DNA of 64,000 nucleotides from Sminthopsis crassicaudata (Eukaryota): assembly GCF_048593235.1 (NCBI RefSeq), contig NC_133619.1:507125644-507189643 (forward strand), read 5' to 3'. The translations under genes were made by a program, and so were the position numbers. The notes under the pieces are model-generated. The model saw nothing but the letters and a program-made list of their open reading frames with translations. It was not told the DNA's origin and ran no database searches. Shown in pieces: positions 11,656 through 23,639 of this stretch (within the stretch, counting starts at the first letter, position 1; each line of letters opens with the position of its first letter).

Positions 11656-13000
11656 AATTATTTTTCTGGATTTATTCTTAATATTTGTTTGCTTCTAGGC
11701 ATGTACAAATCCCATTTGTCACCTTTGCAACAATCCTAGGTTCCACTTATACTTCCTAGAGTATCCTGTGTTAGACTTCCCATAATCTAGACCCATCAGC
11801 TCTTCCAAAGCTAGGATCTCTGAGCAAGCTCTATTCCTTTTAGTTTGTTAATGGATTCTCTGTATTCTTTTTGAAAGTTAATTCTGGAAGCAGGATTGTT
11901 GCACTAGCAGGACAACAGTATAAGCAAAGAGAGTGAGGTTTGAATCTCTCTAATATATGACTGTGGTGGGCAAGTCATTGTTTCCGTTCTGAACTTATTT
12001 CCTATGAAAAGGAAAACATAATACCTGGCCTGGACTGAGCAGGTTTTGTAGAATGGATCATCAAGATGGATGCCTCAGGTAGAAATGGAAGTCAAAAAAC
12101 TCTTGGTAAGCACTAAAACAATTTTAAAATATTCAAGTGAACTAGAAGGGGATTTGTTGGGAATGTCACAAACAAGAATTCATCAAACAAGGATAGAAAG
12201 AGGAAAATCTTTGTGTTTCCTTCAACTCTGAAATTCCTAGAACCCTAGATTTAATTAGCCAAGACCTGATAGATAAGGAGTTTTTTTAAATAATAACTTA
12301 ATTTCATCAGTGTAAAGATTTCCAGATGAAAAATTTAGATTACCAGTGAGGATCAGCTACACTGCTAAACTGATTTGAGAGAATTTCCTAGGGCAATGAG
12401 AACTTTGCCAAGATCATATCATTATTTATGACAGTGGTAGATTTGGAACTAAGCTTTAAGAATCAGAAGCCAATTCATTAACCACAATGTAAAGTTGTCT
12501 CTTAGTAGGTATTTAAACTTCAATATTAGGAGGAAACAGACTTCAATATTATTTTAAATATGATTAAAATAAATGGAACTTTGATAAGAAATGATCGTTT
12601 ACTTTCATAAGGTTTGGAGATAGAATTCTCTTCAAAATCTAAGGCAAGATTTTCCCCGACTAGCTTTCAAAACTAGAATTATAGATTTAGAGTTTACAGA
12701 TGACAACACTGAGGCTCAGAGTTGGCAAATGAATTTTCAAAGTCACATAAGTAGCCAGGATTTAAACCAGGTCCTCTGACCCCCAAATCCAGGGCATATC
12801 ACTGTTGATGGGAGTCTCTTAAGGAATTCAGTAATAATTATAGCTCACATTTCTATAATACTTTCCTCATAACTCTATCAAGTATGATTGTTATTGTATC
12901 CATTTGAAAGAAGAAGAAACTAAGGCTCACAGGGGAAAATAATTTGCTGGAAATAATTTTAAAGGTAAAGCTAAGTTTCAAAGCCAGATCTCCTGATTTC

Positions 13001-13226
13001 NNNNNNNNNNNNNNNNNNNNNNNNNNNNNNNNNNNNNNNNNNNNNNNNNNNNNNNNNNNNNNNNNNNNNNNNNNNNNNNNNNNNNNNNNNNNNNNNNNNN
13101 NNNNNNNNNNNNNNNNNNNNNNNNNNNNNNNNNNNNNNNNNNNNNNNNNNNNNNNNNNNNNNNNNNNNNNNNNNNNNNNNNNNNNNNNNNNNNNNNNNNN
13201 NNNNNNNNNNNNNNNNNNNNNNNNNC
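13001..13226. other. Assembly gap (226 N) beside a pyrimidine-rich low-complexity tract (about 13240-13425)
   Basis: Directly visible. Confidence 0.99.
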
Positions 13227-15629
13227 CTTAAGTTCTCATTCTTTTTCCGTTTCTTTTCCCCTCCCCTTGTCCTTCCCCTTCTCATCTCCTTTATCCTCCC
13301 TCTTTTGTTCTCCCTTCTTCTTTTCCCTTTCCCCTTCCCTGGTCCCTTCCCTTTCCCTCCCCTTTCCCCCTCTTATTTCCTCTCTTCTACCCTCCTTTTC
13401 TCCCTCCCATCCTTCCTTTCTTCCACACACATTGATTAAATGTCTAAAATATATTCTTGATGAAGCTATCTCTCCTATGTTAACTCCTTTGATCTGGACT
13501 GTTTTATATAATGAGTGACTCCTGTGGTAGTGCTTAATAAATTTTTGTTGAATCACTAAATGGCTAACATATTTTCAATAACAATTCTAGGAAGGTTATA
13601 TAACTGTCTCTGAGATGTTCAAGTCTTATTCAGTCTCTGTATTTTTACTGGCTGCCTGGAAACTGGAAGTAAGTGCTATTTTAGATACAGCAATTCATTG
13701 ACATACAGTGTTTGGAGCTAGTGATTCTGGATATGAAATCAGCTCTAGATTGTCAGGTGGCTTGTTATATATACTCAGTCTACTCTTGGAGCTGAGTAAC
13801 ATTCTAAAAATAAAGAAAATATTCCTGATAAGAAGCCTTCTCCAGAAATAAGATGGTCTCTCTTTCTGTCACCAGAGGACTACTGGCAGAGGTGGATGAC
13901 CACTATCCTTCCATCTATTCTACATCATTACCATACTCTTTATATTTCTTACACTCAATGCTCCATCTCCTATCTCAGCTATTTAGAACTTGCTGTCCCA
14001 ATATCAAAGATTGGAATATACCTTCTCTTCCTCTTTTAAAATCCCTAGTTTCTTTCAAAGCTAATTTCAGTTCCCACTTTCTACATAAAACCTTTTCTAA
14101 TTGCTAATGACCCTCATGACCTATATTCTATATATTCATATATTTGACTAAATTGTCTTTTTTGATAAAATCATACCATTGAAGACAAGATCTATTTCAT
14201 TTTTTTCCTTTGATTCTCAACACTTAGCACAATGCCTGGCATATAGTAGGTGCTTAATAAGTGGTTGTTGATTTATTAAGGGGATTCTTGGTTAAGTTAG
14301 GGTTGAACAGAGACTCAGATTGCCTTGTAGGTTCTGTGATCCTATTGATCCCATTCTGAAAGCATTTGTAATAATCTTCAGTTAAAGAGTTTAATATCCT
14401 GGTGGAACTGGTCTGGGTTAATATTTATAATTAATTTTTAAAAGAAAATTTACATATTAATCCATGTTAATTCCCAGGTTCTAAGCAGAACTATATCAAG
14501 GTTCTTCTGACCAGATATTCTCAAAGTAACTCTTTGGGTACTTACCAGACTTAGGGAATAGAGAAAACTCATGGAGGGAAATAATTTGCATTCTGCAAAC
14601 ACTTGAAGCAACATAAACTTCTGTGATGTCTTCAACAAGTGATCACTAACACATTGTTTCAAGACTTATAATGAGGGAGAACCCACCACCTTTGGGGTGA
14701 TAAAATTGCCTAGATGGTTTTCCTTATTTTGAACCCGAATTCACCTCCTTATAACTCATTCTAACCTCTAAGATTAAGCAAGCCTAGTCTATTAACATTT
14801 CCATGGAATAGCCTTCAAAATGCTTGAAGATATTTATTCACTCATCAGTAATTTCTCTGATCTCTGGCTTAAACAGTGCGATCTCCTTCATCTGGCCCTC
14901 ATATGGCATAGTCACCCTTCCTCTGACCATTCTGGCACTCTTCTCTCACCACATTCCAAATTTTCCATGCCCTACTTAAAAATGAGCCCAATACTGGAGT
15001 GTGAAAGGACAGTGAGGACATCCACTGCTCTAATTGTGGTCTTATGCCTCATTGAATGTAGTATTAAATCCCATTTGCTTTTTTTTTAAGGCTGCTATGT
15101 TGTTAACTCTTTAAATTTAAGTCCACTAATATCCAGAAGACCACTGACTATAGGAACATAGACCTTACTACAACTTACTAGCCCTGTGACATTGGCCAAC
15201 TTGCTTCACCTCAGTTCATTCACATATAATACAGGGACGATCATACCTTGCACTACCTACCTCAACAGAATAAAGCAAGATAATCTAAGTAAAGCACGTT
15301 GTGCCCATATATTGCTCTGCCGATTAAGTTATTATCTTTATTGTTGTTGTGAGTCATAAAATATTTGTTCATTTAAAAAAATTTCAGTAATGATCAGGAT
15401 TTTCTGCTTTTTATAGATAATTGTAGTGATGAATTTTCATGAGATTTTCAAAAACATTGATATAAACTAGACTGGGAGTTAAGATCTGGGTTCAGAGCTT
15501 TGCTTTGAATACCAATATGATTTAAGACAAGTCTATTTTGCTTCCTTTTACTTTACTTTTTTACTGTTTTTACTATATTTATTTCCAATCTCATTTTCTC
15601 CTCTATCAAGTGAGTTATTACATTGGTTA

Positions 15630-16175
15630 AACTCAAAGGTCTCTTCCAAATCTAAAAGTCTATGTTCTTTGCTCTTCCATTCTAAATTTGGAGCTTTGTT
15701 CCAGTTCTAATATTTTCTGTCCTAAAATTCTAAGATATAACATCCTTTCTAGGTATAATATTCTGTATTTCTATCTCTAACATTCTACACTATAAGTTCT
15801 TTATAGCTCTAATATCTTGTGTTCTAAATTCTTTCCTATCTCTAATATTCTATGTTCTGAGATCCCATCTAAGCTGCAATAGTCCATATCCTAAAATTCT
15901 TCCTCCAACATTCTCTATTCTAAGGCCCCTTTCAGTTCTTGAAATCCTATAACATGCAGGCCCTTCCATATTATAAGGCCTTTCCAGCTCTGATATATTA
16001 TATTCCATATTTCATCAAAGCTCTTACATTCTGTGTTCTAAGGTCCTTCTCAGTTCTAACATTCTCTATTCTCCTAGCTTGGTCTTCTCAAGCTGTGAAA
16101 TTTTTGTTGTAAAATTCTTCCCAGCTGTGACATTCTATGTCTTGAGGTCCCTCCCTGCTCTGACATTTTATGGTT
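15630..16175 (+). repeat. Degenerate ~33-bp minisatellite (approximate consensus ttctaaggtcccttccagctctgacattctatg), at least 12 units
   Basis: Recurrent units such as ctcttacattctgtgttctaaggtccttctcag, ctccaacattctctattctaaggcccctttcag and ctgtgacattctatgtcttgaggtccctccctg. Confidence 0.8.
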
Positions 16176-16339
16176 CTAAAAAATAGCCCATCCCCTGGAG
16201 ATCCCACTTAAGCAAGTCTTCACTGTACTCTGCTTGAAGCATATTTCTCCATCATCACAGGCTTAGTGTGCTTTATTATATGCAACATTCTTCTAGGTAA
16301 TGTGGCCTGAAGAAAAAAAATAATCCTGCTGAGATGAGG

Positions 16340-16700
16340 ATTCCACGGAATGTCTAATATTAGCTGGCCAGGACTCTCACAGGGCGGGCTGCGTTCCTAT
16401 ATTTAGAAACTGTTAACTTCAGCCCTTTAGTGAAACAACAGAAGTTGACTAATGTAGTGGACGAGTGCTGGGGCGTGAGCACAGCATCTGCACCGTTTTT
16501 GGTCTTCTTACCTGGCTAAGTTTCCCTTTAGGGGAATCCCAAGGCACTCCTCAGGCAGGAGCCCAGTCTTCTGCATGTGATCACCTCTCCTATCTGTGCC
16601 AAGGAAATTGGGCTGTCAGGAGGGAGGAGGACCAGCAAGCTGGGGGACTATTCTGCTATTTCATCAGAAAATGCAGGCAATGTACTTCCCTTATAGCTGT
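16340..16700. promoter_or_regulatory. Candidate promoter/enhancer with muscle-type motif cluster
   Basis: Non-repeat-like with 6 CpGs in about 150 bp. GGAATG (TEAD/MCAT) 16347-16352, GGGCGGG (SP/KLF) about 16382-16388, CTATATTTAG (exact MEF2 YTAWWWWTAR) 16397-16406, E-box CATCTG about 16485. Minus-strand donor CAG|GTAAGA at 16512/16511. Confidence 0.4.
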
Positions 16701-17624
16701 CAGACACAGAAAGGGAGCTCTGTTAGGAGCTTTTGGGGTCTTCTGAGCTTGGCTGTGAAGAATGGATATGATCAGTCCTATTATAAACCCAGGTTTGTAT
16801 GTGGGGTAACTAAGATTCTCTGTGCTGTACATACTCTGAACATCTTTATAAACTTGATATCGGAACATTTGAGTGATCATGTGCAGAATGTCCTGGAGTA
16901 GGGCTGGACTTCAGTGAGATAACAGTTTGAGTCAAAAAGACCTGAATGTTTTAGCCCCAATCTGACCCACCCAAGTTAATGTTTTCTGTTAAAGCAAGAG
17001 ATTCCTAATAGACTAGCTCCTTGTCTCAGTGCAGTCTACAGGAGAGTCAACCATCTCTGTTTGAAATCCTTAAATCTATGAAGCAAGACTGTCCAGACAT
17101 AATTCTGATTTAAAACCCCATTGTCCATTTTTGATCATCTTAGTTCTCATTTTCCATCTGTCCAAGTACTGCTTCTTAGACAAGGTCTTAGAGAGGGTAT
17201 TAACATTTTGTGCCTCAAAACATTTCTTTTTAAAGTTAAAAAATTGCTTCCTATATGTTTTCTTTGTTATATTCCTCTTCTTTCTCCTCTTCTGTTTTGA
17301 GGAAATCTCAAGGAGAAATAATATGTTATAAATCCTGCAGTTTTGTTGTGTCTTTGGGTTTGTTTTTTTTTTTTTTAATAGAGAAAGAGATAATATGATG
17401 CGATAGGGAAATCTATCAACTTGGAGTTATATGAAGTGGGTTCAATTCTCAACCTCTCTGTTTGACCTTGAGTAGATATCACAGAGTTCTCATTTCTTCA
17501 TATATAAAATGGAGATGATAGTTCTTACCCTGAGTACTTGACTTGGCAGTTGTAAATAAAGCACTTTGTATACTATTAAGAACTCTATATATGAGTTGTT
17601 ATTTTTAAAAATTTTTCTTTTTTC

Positions 17625-18596
17625 TTTTTTTTTTTATTATATATATATATTTTATAATATTATCCCTTGTATTCATTTTTCCAAATTACCCCCCTCCCTC
17701 TATTCCCTCCCCCCGACGACAGGCAATACCATACATTTTACATGTGTTACAATATAGTCTAGGTACAATACATGTGTGTGAATATCATTTTCTTGTTGCA
17801 CAATAAACATTAGAATCCGAAGGTACATGCAACCTGGGCAGACAGATATTAGTGCTAACAATTTTCATTCCCCTCCCAGTGTTTCTTCTCTGGGTGTAGC
17901 TACCTCTGTCCATCATTGATCAACTGGAAGTGGGTTGGATCTTCTTTATGTTGAAGATTTCCACTTCCATCAGAATACATCCTCATACAGTATCGTTGTT
18001 GAAGTATACAGTGATCTTCTGGTTCTGCTCATTTCACTCAGCAACAGTTGATTTAAGTCTCTCCAACCCTCTCTGTATTCCTCCTGCTGGTCATTTCTTA
18101 CAGAGCAATAATATTCCATAACTTTCATGTACCACAATTTACCCAACCATTCTCCAACTGATGGACATCCATTCATCTTCCAGTTTCTAGCTACAACAAA
18201 AAGAGCTGCCACAAACATTTTGGCACATATATGTCTCTTTCCGCTCTTTAGTATTTCTTTGGGATATAACCCCAGTAGTAGCGCTGCTGGGTCAAAGGGT
18301 ATGCACAGTTTGATAACTTTTTGGGCATAATTCCAGATTGCTCTCCAGAATGGCTGGATTCTTTCACAACTCCACCAGCAATGTATTAGTGTCCCAATTT
18401 CCCCACATCCCCTCCAACATTTGTCATTATTTGTTCCTGTCATCTTAGCCAATCTGACAGGTGTGTAGTGGTATCTCAGAGTGGTCTTAATTTGCATTTC
18501 TCTGATCAGTAGTGATTTGGAACACTCTTTCATGTGAGTGGATATAGTTTCAATTTCTTCCTCTGAGAATTGTCTGTTCATATCCTTTGACCATTT
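17625..18596 (-). mobile_element. Young 5'-truncated L1 (about 1 kb) with poly(A) tail and 16-bp TSD
   Basis: Open ORF2 C-terminus, 3' UTR and T-run at about 17625-17635. TSD aaattttt(c/a)ttttttc at 17609-17624 and 18597-18612. Confidence 0.95.
17970..18581 (-). CDS. L1 ORF2p C-terminal (cysteine-rich) fragment; part of the truncated L1, not a standalone gene
   Basis: Translation contains [35 protein letters not shown] and [14 protein letters not shown], typical of the L1 ORF2p C-terminus. Confidence 0.93.
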   Translation of the reverse strand: MNRQFSEEEIETISTHMKECSKSLLIREMQIKTTLRYHYTPVRLAKMTGTNNDKCWRGCGEIGTLIHCWWSCERIQPFWRAIWNYAQKVIKLCIPFDPAALLLGLYPKEILKSGKRHICAKMFVAALFVVARNWKMNGCPSVGEWLGKLWYMKVMEYYCSVRNDQQEEYREGWRDLNQLLLSEMSRTRRSLYTSTTILYEDVF

Positions 18597-18612
18597 AAAT
18601 TTTTATTTTTTC

Positions 18613-18702
18613 AAGACTGCAACTCAGAACTCCTGAATTCAAGAGATCCATCAGTTTCTGCCTCCATCATAGTTGGAATCTGGCATGCACTAGTACACCC
18701 AG
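18613..18702 (-). pseudogene. 7SL (SRP) RNA-derived retrocopy, 5' ~90 nt (Alu-domain part)
   Basis: Reverse complement ctgggtgtactagtgcatgccagattccaactatgatggaggcagaaactgatggatctcttgaattcaggagttctgagttgcag aligns to the 7SL 5' end. Outer TSD agttgttatt at 17594-17603 and 18705-18714. Confidence 0.8.
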
Positions 18703-19599
18703 AAAGTTGTTATTATTTTATTCTTAAACATAATGTACTTCATACTCAATAAATCACATGCTCATATCCCTTTGAAAATAAGAATATATGTTTGTTTTTT
18801 TTAAAAAACATCAACCAAAAATCTTTACCTTCTTATGCTTCCTAAATACTTGCATATATACTCAGGCATGTAGGATCAGTGATGACAATTCCTAATCCTG
18901 GGATAGATCAAAGCAAAGGTTCAAAATATTTACTAATTTTTTCAGAACATTTTTTCCTTTTAAAAAACCTCAATATCCTAGTTTATCAGATAACCACTTT
19001 GGAAGATAAAATATTTTTTAAAAAGGAAGAAAAATCCTAACTAAGCATGAAAGTATAGAGAGAGACAAAAGATAAAAGGGGATTGTGGGTTTTCCAATGT
19101 CCTACTGAATGGAACCAAAAGTGTTTAAGACCTTACTAAGTGTGGAGAATTATGCTAACTATGGAGGCAAGTGGGGTTGGGGGTGAGGAACAAATGGAAA
19201 AGTAAGACAGGCTATACCTTAAAGGATTTTACTTTAGGAGATCACATAGAGAGTTCAGACGTATGACAGATGGAAAGAAAGGGTGGATCTTGAGTTTCAG
19301 TGGCAAGTCCAAGGGATAATGAATGGCAAGTTATGGCATTGCTTGGAGGTAGTAAAGCTTTCTGGCTCTTAGGAAGCAGTGCCAGGGCAGTGTCCCAGTG
19401 GTCCATAAGCTTTCCAGAAAGATTATACAATGGGAATCTTTTTTTTCCCCGTCTAACAAATATAAGTAGCCGTTCCCTTGACCAACAATTGTTAGGAAAC
19501 TTGTTAGTTTAAGGACATAACATCATAGTGGAGCAGGTTTCTAGATAACTTCCAGTGGGAATGGGGAAGGGGGAGTTCATTCCCTATCCCCTTTGGGGG

Positions 19600-19815
19600 G
19601 TTATAGTAGTGCAAGCCAGATTCCAGCTATGGGGGAGGCTGAAACTGTGGGATCTCTTAAGTTCAGGAGTTCTGAGTTGCAGTGGGCTATGGCAATCCGG
19701 TATCTGCAGTAAGTCTAGCATTAATATGGTGAACTCCTGGGAGCCACCAGATTGACTAAGGAGGGGCAAATAGGCACAGGTTAGAAAGAGAAAAATTCAA
19801 CCTGGGGCAGCCTGG
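19600..19815 (+). pseudogene. 7SL (SRP) RNA-derived pseudogene with internal/3' deletions
   Basis: ggaggctg...ggatctcttaagttcaggagttctg...ctatggcaatccggtatctgcagtaagtctagcattaatatggtgaactcctggg...ccaccagattgactaaggagggg...caggttagaaa follows 7SL colinearly, including the S domain. Confidence 0.88.
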
Positions 19816-21039
19816 GGAGGAAAGTGGAAGTTCCCCCATAGAGTCCTTTAAGCTGTTTTCTCCCTACTTATTCGCTGGCCACTTGGGACTTGGATAGTTG
19901 TGGGTGGACTAAAACAGTACATCATCAACTGCCATAGATCTATCCTAGATGGACCCTACAACCACCAAAGAGACTCATGATTTGGGAAGTTCTAAAAACC
20001 CACCCTGATATCTCAGTGGTCTAGGTAAATGTTCTCTGCCTGAGATAACCCACTCCCAGTACTACTATAGAAAGAAAAAAAGATAGGGGAAAGGGGATGG
20101 GATTGGAATAAAAGACTATCAGATAAAGAAAATCAGACACAGATAGAAATAAGTATAGCATGTATGTAGTACAAGTGTATTAGATATGTAGAACATATCA
20201 CTAAAGAAATGCACCTTGGTAGGAGAGTGAAGGAGAGAAAATGACTAGATTAAGAAGGACATACTGGAAGAAGTAGCACCTGGTGGGCTGGGCCTCAAAA
20301 GCTAGAATTTCAGTTGGAAATTCTGAACCATATGTGTCCTTTAGAAAAGTTTTCCCTGATTCCCTCCTTAAACCTGGTAATGACATTGACACCATTTTTT
20401 CAAAAGACTATGGAGATGTTACTCAGAGGATGCTAAGTTTGGTTTGTGGAGGTACCTGCCTCCGTGAGCTGTCTGGAGCAGAACAAGTTTACTTATTTGT
20501 AGCCCCCGAGGCAGCTGTGGTTGTCTTGAATGCCTGTAGAGTGCGAAGTACATTACTAGTGTTCAGCAAATAATAATGCTCTCCCTACTTTTCCCCAAGG
20601 CATTTTTGTATGTAAGTAACTTGAGAGCAGCTGAACTCTTCAGATGCAGTCCTTGCTTGCCATTTGTATCCTAGAAGTCAGGGCATCCAATCATTCTGAA
20701 GGTTAATGGCTGGGGGAGGGTTGGGGGTCCGGTGTAAGAATGCTACTTTTCTGTGTCATGTTTGCCTCCCATAATAAATGGTAAGTGGGCTTTGTATCTG
20801 TTATTCTCAGAGGCACCGAATGCTGGGTAGGCAGGAGTTTGGGGTACAGAATGTAAGGATGCAAAATATAGAGACAGAGCTGTGTTGTGCTGGAAAGCGT
20901 GACTACTGATGCTGGGAAATGAACAGAGAAATGAAGAGGACTCAATTTAAATTCTCCCTCTGCTACTTATAATCTCTGTGACTTTGGGCAGGTCCCTTTA
21001 CTCTTCTGACTTCATTTCCTCTTCATCTAAAGTAAGAGA

Positions 21040-22270
21040 GTTAAACTAGATGTCCTATAGGTACTTTGCCATTTCTCAATCCAAGACACTATTATCAAAT
21101 GACCTTTTGTTTTCCAGGTCTCATTCTTCCAGACTCTCAGCTTCATTTGATTCTGTAGAGCACTGTCTCCTCCCAGATACTCTTTTCTCTCTGAATTTCA
21201 TGATGAAAAATGCTCTGACTTCTTTCCTGTCTGATTATTCCTTCTCTGTCTCCTTTTCGTGGTTTACCTCCATCCTGTGATTTAATCTTGAACTATTTTT
21301 TCTCTCTACTATCATTCCTAGCTACCTCATTAGTTTAATGATCATGTCTACGTGGATGACTCACAAATGTATGTATCCAGCCCATTCTCTATCCCACAAA
21401 ACCAGTTTCCCATCAGATTTTGCAAAGTAGATTCCCAGAACTCAATATGTCTAAGACAGAATCTGTTGTCTTTTTTTTCTATTCTTCTCTCTCTCCAATG
21501 TCTTTCCTCTTCCACTTCCTGTTTCTATTGAAGAAAACATCATTCTTCTTCTCTCCCAGAACCATAACTTTCCTCACTCTGCTTCACCCCACAGAGTCAA
21601 TCAGTTGGTAGATCTTGCAGTTTCTTATGTTGTTTTATAGTCTCGTCTCACTCTCTATGACCCCATTTGTGATTTTCTTGGCAAAGATGCTGGAGTGGTT
21701 TGCCATTTCCTTCTCATCTCATTTTACAGATGAGGAAACCGGGGCAAATAAGATGAAATGACTTGCCCAGAGTGTCTGAGGTCAGATTTGAACTCATGAA
21801 AATGAATCTTTCTGACTCCAGGCCCAGCGCTCTATCCAGTCCATCACCTAACTAGTATTTCTCCTTCTCTGTATTTCCCACATTCAAACCTTCTGTTTAT
21901 TCACACAGTTCATCCCTATTACCTAAATCATTTCAATAGCCTACAATTGGTAACATTCTTAAAGTTTCTCCCCACTCAGTCTATTCTACACACTGCCCTA
22001 GAGCAGATGTAACCATATCTGTGCATTCTTGTGACTCATTATAGCTTCTAGGATAAAATATACACTTCTCTGTTTATCTTTTAAAACCCTTCCTAATCTA
22101 GCCTCAGATTGTCTTTCCTATCTCATTGGACATTCCTGCCCCTCCCACATACAACACTTAGTCTCCCATATCGGTGCCTTTTCATTGGATAGCCTCCTTA
22201 CCCTCACTTCTTGTAGTTCCTCTCTTCATGATGCACCTCAGGCACCATCTTCTGCATAATGTCTTCCCTG
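21040..22270 (+). mobile_element. Decayed L2 region interrupted by a MAR1 SINE
   Basis: Pyrimidine-rich L2-like ORF2 sequence (tcaaatgacc..., ttgattctgtagagcactgtctcctccc, cagaactcaatatgtctaagacagaa) flanks the SINE. Confidence 0.55.
21640..21860 (-). mobile_element. MAR1-type SINE
   Basis: gaccccatttgtgattttcttggcaaagatgctggagtggtttgccatttccttctc...cattttacagatgaggaaacc. Confidence 0.85.
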
Positions 22271-22309
22271 ATCTCTCTAAAACTACTGCTATTTATTTAT
22301 TTCACATAT

Positions 22310-22669
22310 ACACACTTATACAAGGTGTCCTAAAGTCATATATATGTATATGTGTGCATACACACATATACAGACACATTATAGTCATACATATACACAT
22401 ATACAGTAACATAGTTTATATAAACATATATGTATACACATACATAAAACTAGTATGTCTATGTATTTTTATATATGATATAGTATGTTTATGCATGTAT
22501 ATATAGAGCTATACTGTGTATGTATGGAAACATGATTTTAGTGTGTCTGTAAAAATGTATAAATGACCTTAGTGTGTCTATATATATGTGTGTGATTGCC
22601 ATGTATTTATATATGTATATGACTATAGTATGTTTATATGTGTGTATATATGACTGTAGTATATATGTG

Positions 22670-22754
<85 letters not shown>

Positions 22755-22755
22755 T
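22310..22755. repeat. Compound TA/CA microsatellite with degenerate flank; pure (TA)n about 22679-22736 then (CA)n
   Basis: Directly visible. Confidence 0.95.
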
Positions 22756-23599
22756 AGGTGTGTACATTGCATTTATATCTCCAGGAATCAATACTGTGCC
22801 TGGTACACAGTAGGAATTTAAGTAATACTTATTGATTGATTGTCCTGAGTTCAAATCTTGGCTTTGTTAGTTAATAGCTATCTGTTAAGCTTTGTGGGGC
22901 TAGTTTCTTCATCTATGAAATGAAAAGGGTTGGACTATGTGATCTGTAAGGTTTTTCCATCTCTAAGTTGCAAGGACATTAGACCTGGAAAGGACCTTAG
23001 AATGTTAGAATAACAGGGACTGTTAGAGTCAAAAGGGACTTGAGAACATAATATGAATGAACATAGAATCATAGACCTGGAAGTTGAAGCAAGAGGTCAT
23101 CATAAAGTCAAATTCTGTCATTTTATCAATGGGGAGGGAAGTTATAGAAGCCCAGAGGAATTGAATGCCCAGGATCAATAAACAATTGGGTGGTAAAGTT
23201 AGTACCAGTCCTGCTATCTCCTGACCTCATCCTACTACACTCAGCAGCTCTTACTATGGCATCGATAAGCCTTTATAATTTCCTTAGTTTAGTAGATTAT
23301 TGGCCAAATTTTCTTTAGAAATGGAATAGACAGATGGAAGGGGAGGAATGGGGTTGGGAGGGATGAGAAGGGAGCCAGAGGAAATCTTTATAGTGAAGTT
23401 CTTCATTCCAACCTATGCAAATTTGCAAGGGGAAAAGTTCACATTCTCCCTGAAAAGATATCTCTCTCAGTATTGACATAACAATGTTCTTTGTTTTTCC
23501 TCCTCTAGAAAGCATAGGATTATGGGAGATAAGTATGCATGTCCAGTCAGTAAGTTGCAACTGCTACAGAACTAAGCATTTATATTTTCCCTAGTTAGG

Positions 23600-23601
<2 letters not shown>

Positions 23602-23634
<33 letters not shown>
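23602..23634 (+). repeat. Poly(T) run of 33 nt
   Basis: Directly visible. Confidence 0.97.

Positions 23635-23639
<5 letters not shown>

Noticed and set aside
12944-13556. ORFs of 83-106 aa around the first gap, and those at 42552-42933 and 46164-46499
   Set aside because: They are open only because of N runs or low-complexity purine/pyrimidine tracts.
15630-16175. CRISPR-like repeat array
   Set aside because: Eukaryotic context; degenerate head-to-tail units with no unique spacers and no cas genes.
17609-18702. Single 7SL-L1 template-switch chimera (U6/L1-type)
   Set aside because: The L1 has its own 16-bp TSD inside the 7SL tail and looks much less decayed than the 7SL part, so nested insertion is simpler.
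22174-22854. ORFs rich in Y/I/H/T, and similar ones at 28898-29353, 36190-36393, 41937-42245, 60283-60570 and 62448-62782
   Set aside because: Translations of microsatellite or low-complexity DNA.
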